From positions 4,096,001-4,160,000 of the forward strand of contig CBDCGL010000011.1 of the NCBI GenBank assembly GCA_965216755.1: DNA of 64,000 bases, in the 5' to 3' direction. The notes beneath the pieces were generated by a model that worked only from the letters and a program-made list of their open reading frames with translations, was not told the DNA's origin and did no database searches. Below, piece after piece: positions 50,242 through 59,536 of the stretch (its first letter is position 1; every line of letters starts with the position of its first letter). The translations under genes and the position numbers were made by a program. This DNA is from Alphaproteobacteria bacterium (GTDB taxonomy: Bacteria; Pseudomonadota; Alphaproteobacteria; UBA7887).

Positions 50242-52035
50242 TTAGTTTTGCCGGCGAACACAGCGCACAAAATACACGTGCGAATTGTGATTCCCATATA
50301 CGACACCGGATCCGCGGGCGCTGCCGAAACCGACATAAAAGACGTGCTTCTCTTTATTGGGATTGTCGCTTCCGCTCCAGAACGGGAAATAATCGTCGCC
50401 CGAAGGCATGCGAAAGACCGCATTGATTTTCATCGCCTGACCGCGATCCACGAGACCCTTAAGTTCCTCGATAGTCGGTGCACGCCAGTCGTTAAGACCG
50501 GCGAGGGTGAGGTTCCTGCAATAGTCCCCGATCCGATGGCCTTGGCGCGCTTTGCCAAGATTGGTGGTGCCCCAGTAGTCATCGACCATCTCAAATTCCC
50601 GTACCGTGTACGGTTCATTTTGCCACATCAAGTCGGTGGTTAGGTCGATGACGGTCACGTCGCTGTTGGCGATGAAACGTCCATCTGTATCGCGCGGGAC
50701 GTGGAGCGCGTTCTGCCTTGGTGGCTGCACGAGAGCTAACGTGTCATCTGGTGGACTTGGTTGTTCAATGGGCTTCTGGGCGCCGTCGCTCTGCTGTTCG
50801 GCCGTTTCGCGTGCGACCAACAAATCCGCAAAAACATAACCCAACACTTGGTCATGTTGCTCGACCAGGTACCAGTTCTGTCCTTTCACCTGCCCCGCCA
50901 CATACACTTCCGTGCCGATTGGCAACACAGCCAATTTGGCGGCGCGAACTTGCGGCTCCTGGCGGACATTGGCATTTCTGACCGCAACATAGGTGGCCTC
51001 TATGGGATCCAATGCGATCGGCGGCGCCTGCGGCGCGATGGCAGTCTCCTCTTGGCCCTTCGCCGGCGCCAACGTATCTATTTTCAGTTTGGCGAGGCCG
51101 GCAAACGTGCCATTCGGATATTGCTTCAGATATTCCTCAAACATCGCCGGGTTTTCGCTGTCCTCGATCGCGTTCCAATAAGACAACTCAAAGGCCCGAT
51201 CGTCTGTCGCGGGCGCCGCGGCCAGCTCTGTCGCGGTCACGGTTAGCGTGCCATCGAGCTTGAAATAGAATGCACCTTCGATGGGCGAGGATGACAACCA
51301 CGGTTCCTGCTGGCCGCCCGTTGCCTCTGCGACCAGTAAGCCAACTTTGTTGAAAACCCGCAGCACATCCAGATTGGGCGTTTGGATTGCCTCGACCAAC
51401 GCCGAGGTATACGGACTGTTTGCGCCGGTCCCGTCTGCGGCAACGTCGCCCGGCCGGGTCGCGTAGCTAATCAACGTGCCTTTCGGCGCATCGATTCGGG
51501 CGAGGCCGCGGCCGACGGCACGCAGGCCGCGACCGGAGAACGGATTATTGCGGCATGCATCAAGGATCAGCATGTTCAACGGGTTGCCGGCCAATCCCAT
51601 TTGTCTAAGGACCAGATTGACATCGACAAGTTCGAACTCGACGTCTGCTTCAGTCTCCAGACCAGCGTCGATCGGTATCAAATAGTTGCGGCCACGATAC
51701 TCGATCGCATGACCGGCGTAGTAGAAAAGTCCGATGGTTTCAGGACCATTGAGCGCACGGGCGAAGTCCCGAATAGCCGCCTCCAAGCGAACTTTGTCGA
51801 GGTCCAGCAACGGTTCGGCGGCGATCAGTTCGAAGTCAAGCGATTGAAGTGATTTTCCAACCAGGCGCGCGTCATTGATCGGATTTTTGAGGATGCCGAT
51901 CTCCGCATATGTTTCATTGCCGACCACCAGGGCCACCCGACGTTCCGCCCGTGCTTCCACTGCGCTTAGTGAGACGGCAAAGAAAATCGCAAGCTTGGTG
52001 AGCAAGACCGTACGACGTCTCCAACTGTCCATCAT
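50242..52035 (-). CDS. Secreted metacaspase (peptidase C14)-SH3-DUF1566/Lcl protein
   Basis: Signal peptide, RVALVVGN, YYAGH and ILDACR dyad, bacterial SH3 (NANVRQEP...NWYLV), C-terminal DLTTDLMWQ...DWRAPTIEEL...VRCVR. Confidence 0.88.
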   Translation of the reverse strand: MMDSWRRRTVLLTKLAIFFAVSLSAVEARAERRVALVVGNETYAEIGILKNPINDARLVGKSLQSLDFELIAAEPLLDLDKVRLEAAIRDFARALNGPETIGLFYYAGHAIEYRGRNYLIPIDAGLETEADVEFELVDVNLVLRQMGLAGNPLNMLILDACRNNPFSGRGLRAVGRGLARIDAPKGTLISYATRPGDVAADGTGANSPYTSALVEAIQTPNLDVLRVFNKVGLLVAEATGGQQEPWLSSSPIEGAFYFKLDGTLTVTATELAAAPATDDRAFELSYWNAIEDSENPAMFEEYLKQYPNGTFAGLAKLKIDTLAPAKGQEETAIAPQAPPIALDPIEATYVAVRNANVRQEPQVRAAKLAVLPIGTEVYVAGQVKGQNWYLVEQHDQVLGYVFADLLVARETAEQQSDGAQKPIEQPSPPDDTLALVQPPRQNALHVPRDTDGRFIANSDVTVIDLTTDLMWQNEPYTVREFEMVDDYWGTTNLGKARQGHRIGDYCRNLTLAGLNDWRAPTIEELKGLVDRGQAMKINAVFRMPSGDDYFPFWSGSDNPNKEKHVFYVGFGSARGSGVVYGNHNSHVYFVRCVRRQN

Positions 52036-52233
52036 TTTCCTGCGTGCCCTAGACTGCGGACCTCGCCATTGGCGTGCCTATTTATCGGCCGTCGGGTTTT
52101 GGTAGATCCAAAGTTCGGCTGCCCTGAGATGGTCGAGCAAACTCGCTGTCGGTATCAAGTATTTCTTGCGTGGCCGCGTGAAAACGCCGCGCGCGCAGTG
52201 TCCGAGTTGGTCAATTGCCAGCGGGACGCCGCG

Positions 52234-52644
52234 CTAAGGCATCAAGGCGACGGCCTTGATTTCGATGATCAGGCCGGGACGTGCGAGCGCTTCGACACCG
52301 ATGGCCGTCCATGCGGGGAACGGATCCGGGATGAACCGTGCCTTGACCGCTACGAAATCGCTGAAGTGATCTTGGATGCCCACATGGTAAGTCACCAAAT
52401 CGACGATGTCGGTAAAGTGCGCGCCGCCGGCATTCAGGATCGCGCCGAGCCGCTCGAAGGCGTTGACGAATTGCGCCGTGTCGTGGTCTGGCATGGAGCC
52501 GTCGGGATTAAGCCCGATCTGGCCGGAGACATAAAGTGTGTCGTTGGCGCGGACCGCTGCCGAATAACCAAAGCGATCAAAAACCTGGGCGCCGCCTGCC
52601 GAAAACGGTCCTTCGCTGGGCGTGACGACTGTCTTGACGTTCAT
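52234..52644 (-). CDS. Rid (YjgF/YER057c/UK114) family protein
   Basis: YSAAV...LYVSGQIG, PAWTAIGV, IEIKAVA; GGAG RBS. Confidence 0.88.
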   Translation of the reverse strand: MNVKTVVTPSEGPFSAGGAQVFDRFGYSAAVRANDTLYVSGQIGLNPDGSMPDHDTAQFVNAFERLGAILNAGGAHFTDIVDLVTYHVGIQDHFSDFVAVKARFIPDPFPAWTAIGVEALARPGLIIEIKAVALMP

Positions 52645-52664
52645 CGTTTTCTCCTTGTGTCACT

Positions 52665-53807
52665 TCATAGCCGTGCCCCGGCCGGCGGCGGCAAGCCGAG
52701 AAGCAAGCGACCGTATGCCTCCGCGCTGGGGTCCAGTTGCAAGAGGAAATGGCTTGCCATGGCGTGGATGTCTCGAAAGCCGCGTTCCAACGGGCCACCT
52801 TGCGGCAACAGACTGCCGCCGACGGCGCCGATGGCTCTGTTGGCGGCCGAAAGCGCGGTTCGCGCCGCCGTGACCGTTTGCACACGGATGCGAGCGCGCT
52901 CATTCAAGTCGATGTCGCCGCCAGCATAGAGGCGCGCCGCATTTTCGTAGAGGCCCATTTCAGCAAGTCCGACTTCGGCCGCACATTGTCCGAGAACGAT
53001 GTGGGCGTGCTGGCTCTCGATCTGGGCCTGTCCCGTACCGGCAGCGACACGGCGCCCAATGGCGTCGACCAGTGCGTCGACAATGGCCCGCGCCGTGCCG
53101 ATCAGCGGCGCCGTCACCGACATCGCGAGCAGGGGGTTGGCGGGCAGCCGATAGAGGGGCGTCGCGCCCTTGCGCCCACTTTCAATTGACGACCAGGCCA
53201 GCGTGCGGCGGTACGGCACGAATCCATTAACCAGAGAGACATCTTTGCTGCCCGTGCCGCGCATTCCGAGAACGTGCCAACTGTCGTTATCAATCTTGAA
53301 CGCGGCTGCTTCGAACACCGCCAGTGTCGGACCTTCGCGTAGCGGCACCAGTGCGGCCACCCAGTCGGCGTGGTCGATGCCAGACGCGTACCGCCAGTGT
53401 CCCGACACCTGGTAGCCGCCGGCGGTTTCGCGCACTTCGATGTTGCGACCGACACCGCCCGTGAGCACCGGGACGAGCACGTCGCAACCGTCGGCGAAGA
53501 TTTCGGCCCGACCGGTGGCATCGAACAGCCCCATGAGCCAAACATTGGCACCGCTCAGGCCGACCAACCAAGCCGTTGACGCGCAGCCGCGCGCCATTTC
53601 GACCGTGACGCGCCAAAGCACCTCGGGCGATAGCTCGCAGCCACCGTTCGCGCGCGGTTGCAATATGCGAAGAAAGCCGGCCTGGCGGATGGCGGCGATG
53701 GTGGCGTCACCAATTTTTCTATCGTGATCGGCAACCGACGCTTGCTGTTGCAACATCGGTATGAGCGCGGCAACCCGTGCGACGAATTCATCCGACTGAC
53801 TGGGCAT
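52665..53807 (-). CDS. Flavin-dependent monooxygenase oxygenase subunit (HsaA-like, acyl-CoA dehydrogenase fold)
   Basis: QPRANGG, CASTAW, GHWRYASGIDHADW, WHVLGMRGTGSKD, ERGFRDIHA. Confidence 0.85.
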   Translation of the reverse strand: MPSQSDEFVARVAALIPMLQQQASVADHDRKIGDATIAAIRQAGFLRILQPRANGGCELSPEVLWRVTVEMARGCASTAWLVGLSGANVWLMGLFDATGRAEIFADGCDVLVPVLTGGVGRNIEVRETAGGYQVSGHWRYASGIDHADWVAALVPLREGPTLAVFEAAAFKIDNDSWHVLGMRGTGSKDVSLVNGFVPYRRTLAWSSIESGRKGATPLYRLPANPLLAMSVTAPLIGTARAIVDALVDAIGRRVAAGTGQAQIESQHAHIVLGQCAAEVGLAEMGLYENAARLYAGGDIDLNERARIRVQTVTAARTALSAANRAIGAVGGSLLPQGGPLERGFRDIHAMASHFLLQLDPSAEAYGRLLLGLPPPAGARL

Positions 53808-53942
53808 GTTCGGACCTCTTTTTTGGCCAGTATACGCGATTGGTATGGGCCACGCCTGCGCGATGGACTAACTCCGAACAGGAACAAGGTCATGTCAGCG
53901 GATCGACAGACCGATTTCAGGAATTCGCTGAGCATCGATATT

Positions 53943-54031
53943 GATATCGGCGATTGCCCGGAATTCGCCGATATCGGACACTGCTCTAGAGCCGGTGCAA
54001 TCCTGTGGTTGACGCTTGGGCAGCTGCTCTA
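53943..54031. repeat. Composite palindromes including a third MITE right end
   Basis: GATATCGGCGA/TCGCCGATATC hairpin; TCGGACACTGCTCTAG (53974-53989) is 15/16 identical to both other right ends; followed by a TAGAGC...GCTCTA mini-element. Confidence 0.55.
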
Positions 54032-54033
54032 AA

Positions 54034-55785
54034 TCAGTCCGCCTTTTCGTGCCAATCCTCGCCCGCGATGGTTTGCTCGGCTTGGCGGTGCGTCTCGATG
54101 ATGCGGCGCGCGGATTGATCCGGGATACCGATACCTGTGAGCACCATTTCGCTGAGCTGCAAGCTGGTCTCGACTGTCTCGGGGATGACGCGGCTGGCGC
54201 CCCGGTCGATGAGCCGTTCCGCATGGCTGCGGTCGCGGGCTCGCGCGAGCAAGAGGAGGTCCGGCCAGTGCCGGCGCGCGGTCGCGACCACCCGCTCTGC
54301 GGTTTGCGTATTGTCTATGGTCACAACCAAGGCCGCGGCACGGTCGACGCCGAACTTGCGCAACATGTCCGGACGGCTGGCGTCGCCATAAAAAACGCCG
54401 GCGCCGGCGGAACGATAGCGCGCGACGAGGGTCGCATCGCTGTCGATTCCGACATGTGGCAACGCTTGGCTGTCCAGCACCGAACCCAACATTTGGCCGA
54501 CGCGGCCATAGCCGACAACAATCACATGGCCGGAAAGGCCGACGGCGATATCCGTGTCGCGCTGATCACGGCCTGCTTCGCGCGCTTCAACCGCACGGGC
54601 AATTTTGCGAGCGACATGGGCCACCGGCGGTGTTGCGACCATCGTCATGCCGGCGACAATGAGCATGAACTGCGCGGTGGCGTTTGGCATGAGACCAAGT
54701 CCATAGGCCATACCGACAACAAGCAGCGCGAACTCGCCGCCCTGGCCGAGCAGCAGGCCGGTCTCCAGGGCCACCGGGCGGGGCTCGCCGAACCATCGCG
54801 CCAGGGCGTACACGATTGGGCTTTTGATCAGGTACAGCCCGAATACCGATGCGATCAGCCAGAAAGGTTCGGCAGCCGCCTGGCTGACGTCGATACTCAT
54901 GCCGACAGAGACGAAGAAAAGGCCGAGCAACAGGCCTTTGAACGGCTCGATGTCGACCTCGATTTCGTGACGATATTCCGTCTCAGCCAATAGCAGCCCT
55001 GCGAGAAAGGCGCCCAAGGCCATCGATAAGCCGAACTGTTTGGTGGCCAATGCCGTGCCGACGATGACCAGCAAGACGAGGGCCAAGAACATCTCCCGGC
55101 TGGCCGTGCTGCCAACGAAGCGGAACACCGGTCGGACCACCAGGCGCCCGATGGCCAGAATTGCAGCGACCGCGATCATTGCCTCGGCGATCGCCCATGC
55201 AAACGCGGTCAACACGGGCGCGTCGCTTTGCGCGCCGAAGACGCCAACCAGGAAGAGGATCGGCAACACCGCCAGGTCCTGGCATAACAGGATGGCAAAG
55301 CTGGCACGGCCCGTGGCCGTACCCAGCCGGCGGTTCTCGGCGAGCAATTGCATGACGACAGCGGTCGAGGACAGCGCGAAGCCGGCGCCGAGCACGACCG
55401 CAACGGCAAGGGGATTTTCGAACAACCAGGCGATGAACGCGATCACGGCGCCGGTTATCAGAATTTGCGCGCCGCCGAGCCCAAAAACCCTGCGTCGCAT
55501 CGCCCAAAGCCGGTTGAGCGAAAGCTCCAGCCCGATCATGAACAAAAGGAATACGACGCCCAATTCTGCGAGCGGACGAACGCCATCCAAGTCGGTGATC
55601 AAAACATAGTGCAACCACGGTAAGGCGTCGGCGAAGCGTGCGACGCCATGCGGTCCGATCACCAGACCCACGACCAGAAAGCCGAATACGGGACTGATCC
55701 CAAAGCGACGGGCCAGCGGCACAATGATCCCGGCGGCAAAGAAAAACACCATCGCTTCGCGTAGATCGAGCGTATCGACATGCAT
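54034..55785 (-). CDS. CPA2 cation/proton antiporter with TrkA-N domain (KefB/KefC-like)
   Basis: AELGVVFLLFMIGLEL, LSSTAVV, GAFLAG, EPFKGLLLGLFF, GYGRVG, YGDAS. Confidence 0.92.
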   Translation of the reverse strand: MHVDTLDLREAMVFFFAAGIIVPLARRFGISPVFGFLVVGLVIGPHGVARFADALPWLHYVLITDLDGVRPLAELGVVFLLFMIGLELSLNRLWAMRRRVFGLGGAQILITGAVIAFIAWLFENPLAVAVVLGAGFALSSTAVVMQLLAENRRLGTATGRASFAILLCQDLAVLPILFLVGVFGAQSDAPVLTAFAWAIAEAMIAVAAILAIGRLVVRPVFRFVGSTASREMFLALVLLVIVGTALATKQFGLSMALGAFLAGLLLAETEYRHEIEVDIEPFKGLLLGLFFVSVGMSIDVSQAAAEPFWLIASVFGLYLIKSPIVYALARWFGEPRPVALETGLLLGQGGEFALLVVGMAYGLGLMPNATAQFMLIVAGMTMVATPPVAHVARKIARAVEAREAGRDQRDTDIAVGLSGHVIVVGYGRVGQMLGSVLDSQALPHVGIDSDATLVARYRSAGAGVFYGDASRPDMLRKFGVDRAAALVVTIDNTQTAERVVATARRHWPDLLLLARARDRSHAERLIDRGASRVIPETVETSLQLSEMVLTGIGIPDQSARRIIETHRQAEQTIAGEDWHEKAD

Positions 55786-56054
55786 GAGTTTCTCCGATTG
55801 CCTTCGGCACTGTCCCCGCTGGCTCGTTACCCAACACCAAGATCACAGGGCATTTCGTTGTCAGGCCCTGCTAATCGCAAACCAGATACACACGCCGGCA
55901 ATCTTTCGGCCATGTGTCGCCCTTGTTTAGCCAGGCCTCGTCTGCACCGATCATCTTGGTCAACTCGAATATGGGTCGCAACGAAGTCGTGGACATGACG
56001 CCACCACGACAGATCTGGCGTTCGTCGCGCCGGTTTGCACCGGTCATATGGATC

Positions 56055-57404
56055 TTAATTGGCCTCGTCGTTGCCGGCCTGGGCGCGAAACAGCCAAATG
56101 CCACTGTGCTCGTCTCTTTTAAAGGTGCTGTTAACGACCGCCAGCGCGCCGCTCTGATTGACGGCGAGTTTGTTCATCAATAGACCTTGCAGACTGCCAT
56201 TGACGCCAAGGGCCGGATCCATGCTGCCGGGAACCAGCGCCGGCGGTGTAAATGTCGATCCGCGATCGTTCGATACGGCGAACCCCAGACCTGACGAACG
56301 CGTTCTTCGGTCCGCGACCAGTTCCCAGATGACGAATAGATTGTCATCGCCGTCCAGGCGAAGGGCGGGATGATGGGCGCTTTTGGTTTTCCCGATACGA
56401 GGGGCAGAAATTTCTCGTGGCACGTCAAATGAACGTCCACCGTCACCGGAGCGGCTGTACACAATGTGGTAGCGCTCAAAGGGGCCATCCGGACTTTCGG
56501 CATAAACGAGATGTATGGTTCCCTGGCGATCTACTGCGATCTTGGGTGCGTCGGCGTGCCCGTTAGTGCTGAATGCGGCCTGTGGTGGGCTGAAAGAATG
56601 CCCTTGATCGTCCGATCTTGCGATTTGGATATTGGCCGCACGATTTTCGCCGACAGTCCAGGCGATATATATCGTGCCGCGGACGTCGATCGCGATAGAC
56701 GGACCGCGTGCCGGGCCGGAAACATCGCCGTCGACAAGGCGTTTTGGCGGCGAGAAACTGGCGCCTGAGTCGATGGACTCGGCCAACCACAGGGTGCCTT
56801 CATACTCGGTCCACACCGCGTAGAAGTTCCCCTCGGGATCGATGGCGAGGTCCAAGCTGCCATTATGCCAAGAACGGGCGGTCAAACGTCCTTTGCCGTC
56901 GCCGCCGAGAGAGTTGGAAAGGTTGATCGGTGCGGCGAATGTCGCGCCGCCATCGATCGACCGCGCGAACAAAATCTCGCCACCATGTGAACCGCCGGAA
57001 AAGACGATCTCTTGCCAGAGGATATGCACATTGCGCACATCGCTGGGGCCAATCAGCGCACGCGGCAGCCACGAAAGGATGGTCGGGCTGCGCGACACGT
57101 TGACGGGCGTGTCGAGGCGCGTTGTGCCATCGGGCTGGTAGAGCTGGAAGAAAACATCCTTCCGGGCCTGATCGACCCAGCTGACGCCAATGAAACCCTG
57201 TTCATTGATGGCCACGGTCGGATCGTCGACATAGTCATATTCTGACTTGTTCATGCGCCAGGGGCCTTGGACTCCGTTGCCGGAGGCCACCGCGACCTTG
57301 TCCTGCCACGTTACGCCTGAAACTTGCGTTTCCGCTAAGACGGGCACAACCGCCAACCAAAACGCGAACATCGCCAAACTCAGCCAGATTCGGATTCGAA
57401 ACAT
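56055..57404 (-). CDS. Secreted Asp-box (BNR) beta-propeller protein, sialidase-like fold
   Basis: Signal peptide; five Asp-boxes SIDGGATF, SIDSGASF, SDDQGHSF, SGDGGRSF, SNDRGSTF. Confidence 0.85.
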   Translation of the reverse strand: MFRIRIWLSLAMFAFWLAVVPVLAETQVSGVTWQDKVAVASGNGVQGPWRMNKSEYDYVDDPTVAINEQGFIGVSWVDQARKDVFFQLYQPDGTTRLDTPVNVSRSPTILSWLPRALIGPSDVRNVHILWQEIVFSGGSHGGEILFARSIDGGATFAAPINLSNSLGGDGKGRLTARSWHNGSLDLAIDPEGNFYAVWTEYEGTLWLAESIDSGASFSPPKRLVDGDVSGPARGPSIAIDVRGTIYIAWTVGENRAANIQIARSDDQGHSFSPPQAAFSTNGHADAPKIAVDRQGTIHLVYAESPDGPFERYHIVYSRSGDGGRSFDVPREISAPRIGKTKSAHHPALRLDGDDNLFVIWELVADRRTRSSGLGFAVSNDRGSTFTPPALVPGSMDPALGVNGSLQGLLMNKLAVNQSGALAVVNSTFKRDEHSGIWLFRAQAGNDEAN

Positions 57405-57626
57405 GCCCCAAAACTCCACCGCGCATTGTACACGTTGGGCAACGTTGATGCCGCATGAACACGGTGCAGCCGTGTCACTTTATCCGATCGACCACCGTGG
57501 GGATGAGGGGCGGTGTCAGTTTGTGGTCGATGAACGGACCTTTGGCTATGGACGCACTGTTTACGATGATGCGGGTGGCGTGGTTTAAATATCACCCGTC
57601 GGATTGGCGCAGCAACGAGGGCCAAA

Positions 57627-58085
57627 GTGTCAAGTTTTTCCCACGACGACTATGTCAGATTGGTCGAGGACGACTATTTCGGAAGTGTCGCCCGAGAAGA
57701 TGTTGAAGGCGCGCTACGCTGCTTCACGCCTGACGCCCATGTCACGATCTATCATGGCGATGCGCCGGCGCGCCGCTTCGCCGCCGAGCCGCAAACCGGC
57801 GAAAGCCCGCTCAGAGAATTCTACGATCACCTCTTAGCCAACTATGCGCCAAATTTCAGCGGATTTCGCCATTTCGTCGACCCGCCGCAGCAGCGCTGTG
57901 CTGCCTATTTCGATGTCGAACTCTCTCCCAAACCCGGTTCGCCTTATCAGCGCGCCGGTACGCGGCATTTGAAGAATTGCAATTTCTTTCACTGCCGAGA
58001 CGGGAAGATCTTCGACATGACTATCTACTACGCTGATCCGGGCGCCGATCCTGGTGCGCCGACCGGTTTTCCAAAGACCGGTTAG
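57627..58085 (+). CDS. SnoaL/NTF2-like fold protein
   Basis: YFGSVAREDVEGALRCFTPDA...NCNFFHCRDGKIFDMTIYY. Confidence 0.75.
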   Translation: MSSFSHDDYVRLVEDDYFGSVAREDVEGALRCFTPDAHVTIYHGDAPARRFAAEPQTGESPLREFYDHLLANYAPNFSGFRHFVDPPQQRCAAYFDVELSPKPGSPYQRAGTRHLKNCNFFHCRDGKIFDMTIYYADPGADPGAPTGFPKTG

Positions 58086-58184
58086 CGTTTCTTACGGGCA
58101 GCGCTGGCTTCGCCTGCCGGTGGCCCCGCACTTTGCCCGAAGTCAAGGCGACGACGGCCGGCAGACGCAACAATCCCATCGCCC

Positions 58185-59444
58185 ATGGAAGCCGCAACGT
58201 TTTTCATTCAACTGGCCGCCATTTTGATCGCCGCGCGTGCCGCTGGCGAAATTGCCGCGCGGTTCGGCGCCCCCTCGGTAATTGGCGAACTGGTGGCGGG
58301 GATCATATTGGGCCCCAGCGTGCTCGGCTGGCTGGAACCGACCGAGGTCATACGCTTGCTGGCCGAGATCGGCATCATCCTGCTTCTGTTTGAAGTCGGC
58401 CTCGAGACCGATATCGGGCGCTTGGCCAAGACCGGCGGCCGTTCCGTGACGGTCGCGCTGGGCGGTTTCGTCATCCCGTTTCTGATGGGCTATGCCGCCG
58501 GCCGGATATTGTTCGGGTTTGACACACTGCTGGCGCTGTTCGTGGGCGGCACGCTCACGGCCACCAGCATCGGCGTAACGGTGCGCATCCTGCGCGACGT
58601 GAACCGGCAAAACAGCCGCGAAGGCCAGATTGTTCTGGGGGCGGCGGTCATCGACGATATTCTGGGCGTTCTACTTCTGGCATTGCTTTATGAGTTTTCG
58701 CAAACCGGCGATCTCAGCGCCGCGAACCTGGTGCGGTTGGCGCTGTTCATCGGAATTTTTTTCGCCATCGCGCCGCTTGCCGCGAAGCTGATCTCGACGC
58801 TTATCGGCCACTATCACCGTGCCACCCAAATGCCCGGCTTGGTTGCGACTCTGATCGTGTCGTTGGTGATGGTGTTTGCTTGGCTCGCGCATGCTGTCGG
58901 CGCGCCGGAGCTGTTGGGTGGCTTTACCGCGGGACTGGCCCTCTCGCGGCGCTTCTTCTTGCCGTTTGGCGCCTCGCTCGCGCGCGATCATCAGCTTGCT
59001 GACGAGGTCGAACGCGATATGAAGCCAATCGTGCAGCTGTTTACGCCGATTTTCTTCGTCACAGTCGGCCTTTCGCTGGACCTGCGCGAGGTGGAATGGA
59101 CCTCCGCCTTTATCTGGGTCTTTTCGCTGTCGGTCGGCTTCGTGGCCATTGTGGGAAAGATCGCCGGCGGCTTTTTGCTGGTGCGCGAGCATTGGTTGAT
59201 GCGCAGTGCGATCGGCATGGCCATGGTGCCACGCGGCGAAGTGGGCCTGATTTTCGCCGAGCTTGGTCGTTCGGCGGGTGTTTTCGACGGCCCGACTTAT
59301 GCCGCGATGGTCCTGGTCATCGCCTACACGACTTTGTTTTCGCCGTTTTGGATTAAGCTGTTTTATCGACTGTTCGGATCACAGGCGGCGCTTGTCGAAA
59401 CCAAAGTCGCCGCTGAGCCAGGCTCGCCACCGGCCGAGTTTTGA
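58185..59444 (+). CDS. CPA2 cation/proton antiporter (NapA-like)
   Basis: GELVAGIILGPS, LLFEVGLE, ATSIGVT, GAAVIDDILG, PIFFVTVG, MVPRGEVGLIFA. Confidence 0.92.
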   Translation: MEAATFFIQLAAILIAARAAGEIAARFGAPSVIGELVAGIILGPSVLGWLEPTEVIRLLAEIGIILLLFEVGLETDIGRLAKTGGRSVTVALGGFVIPFLMGYAAGRILFGFDTLLALFVGGTLTATSIGVTVRILRDVNRQNSREGQIVLGAAVIDDILGVLLLALLYEFSQTGDLSAANLVRLALFIGIFFAIAPLAAKLISTLIGHYHRATQMPGLVATLIVSLVMVFAWLAHAVGAPELLGGFTAGLALSRRFFLPFGASLARDHQLADEVERDMKPIVQLFTPIFFVTVGLSLDLREVEWTSAFIWVFSLSVGFVAIVGKIAGGFLLVREHWLMRSAIGMAMVPRGEVGLIFAELGRSAGVFDGPTYAAMVLVIAYTTLFSPFWIKLFYRLFGSQAALVETKVAAEPGSPPAEF

Positions 59445-59448
59445 CCAT

Positions 59449-59476
59449 ATAATTAGCCAACTATATTATGTAAAGA
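59449..59476 (+). other. dif-like (XerC/XerD) site candidate
   Basis: ATAATTAGCCA-ACTATA-TTATGTAAAGA in an AT-rich patch between convergent genes; right arm resembles XerD arms, left arm divergent. Confidence 0.4.
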
Positions 59477-59536
59477 AGTATATTATCTAGCGCAGTAACA
59501 CTCTGCGCGCACCGCATTGTAAAATTGCGCGTTGGT

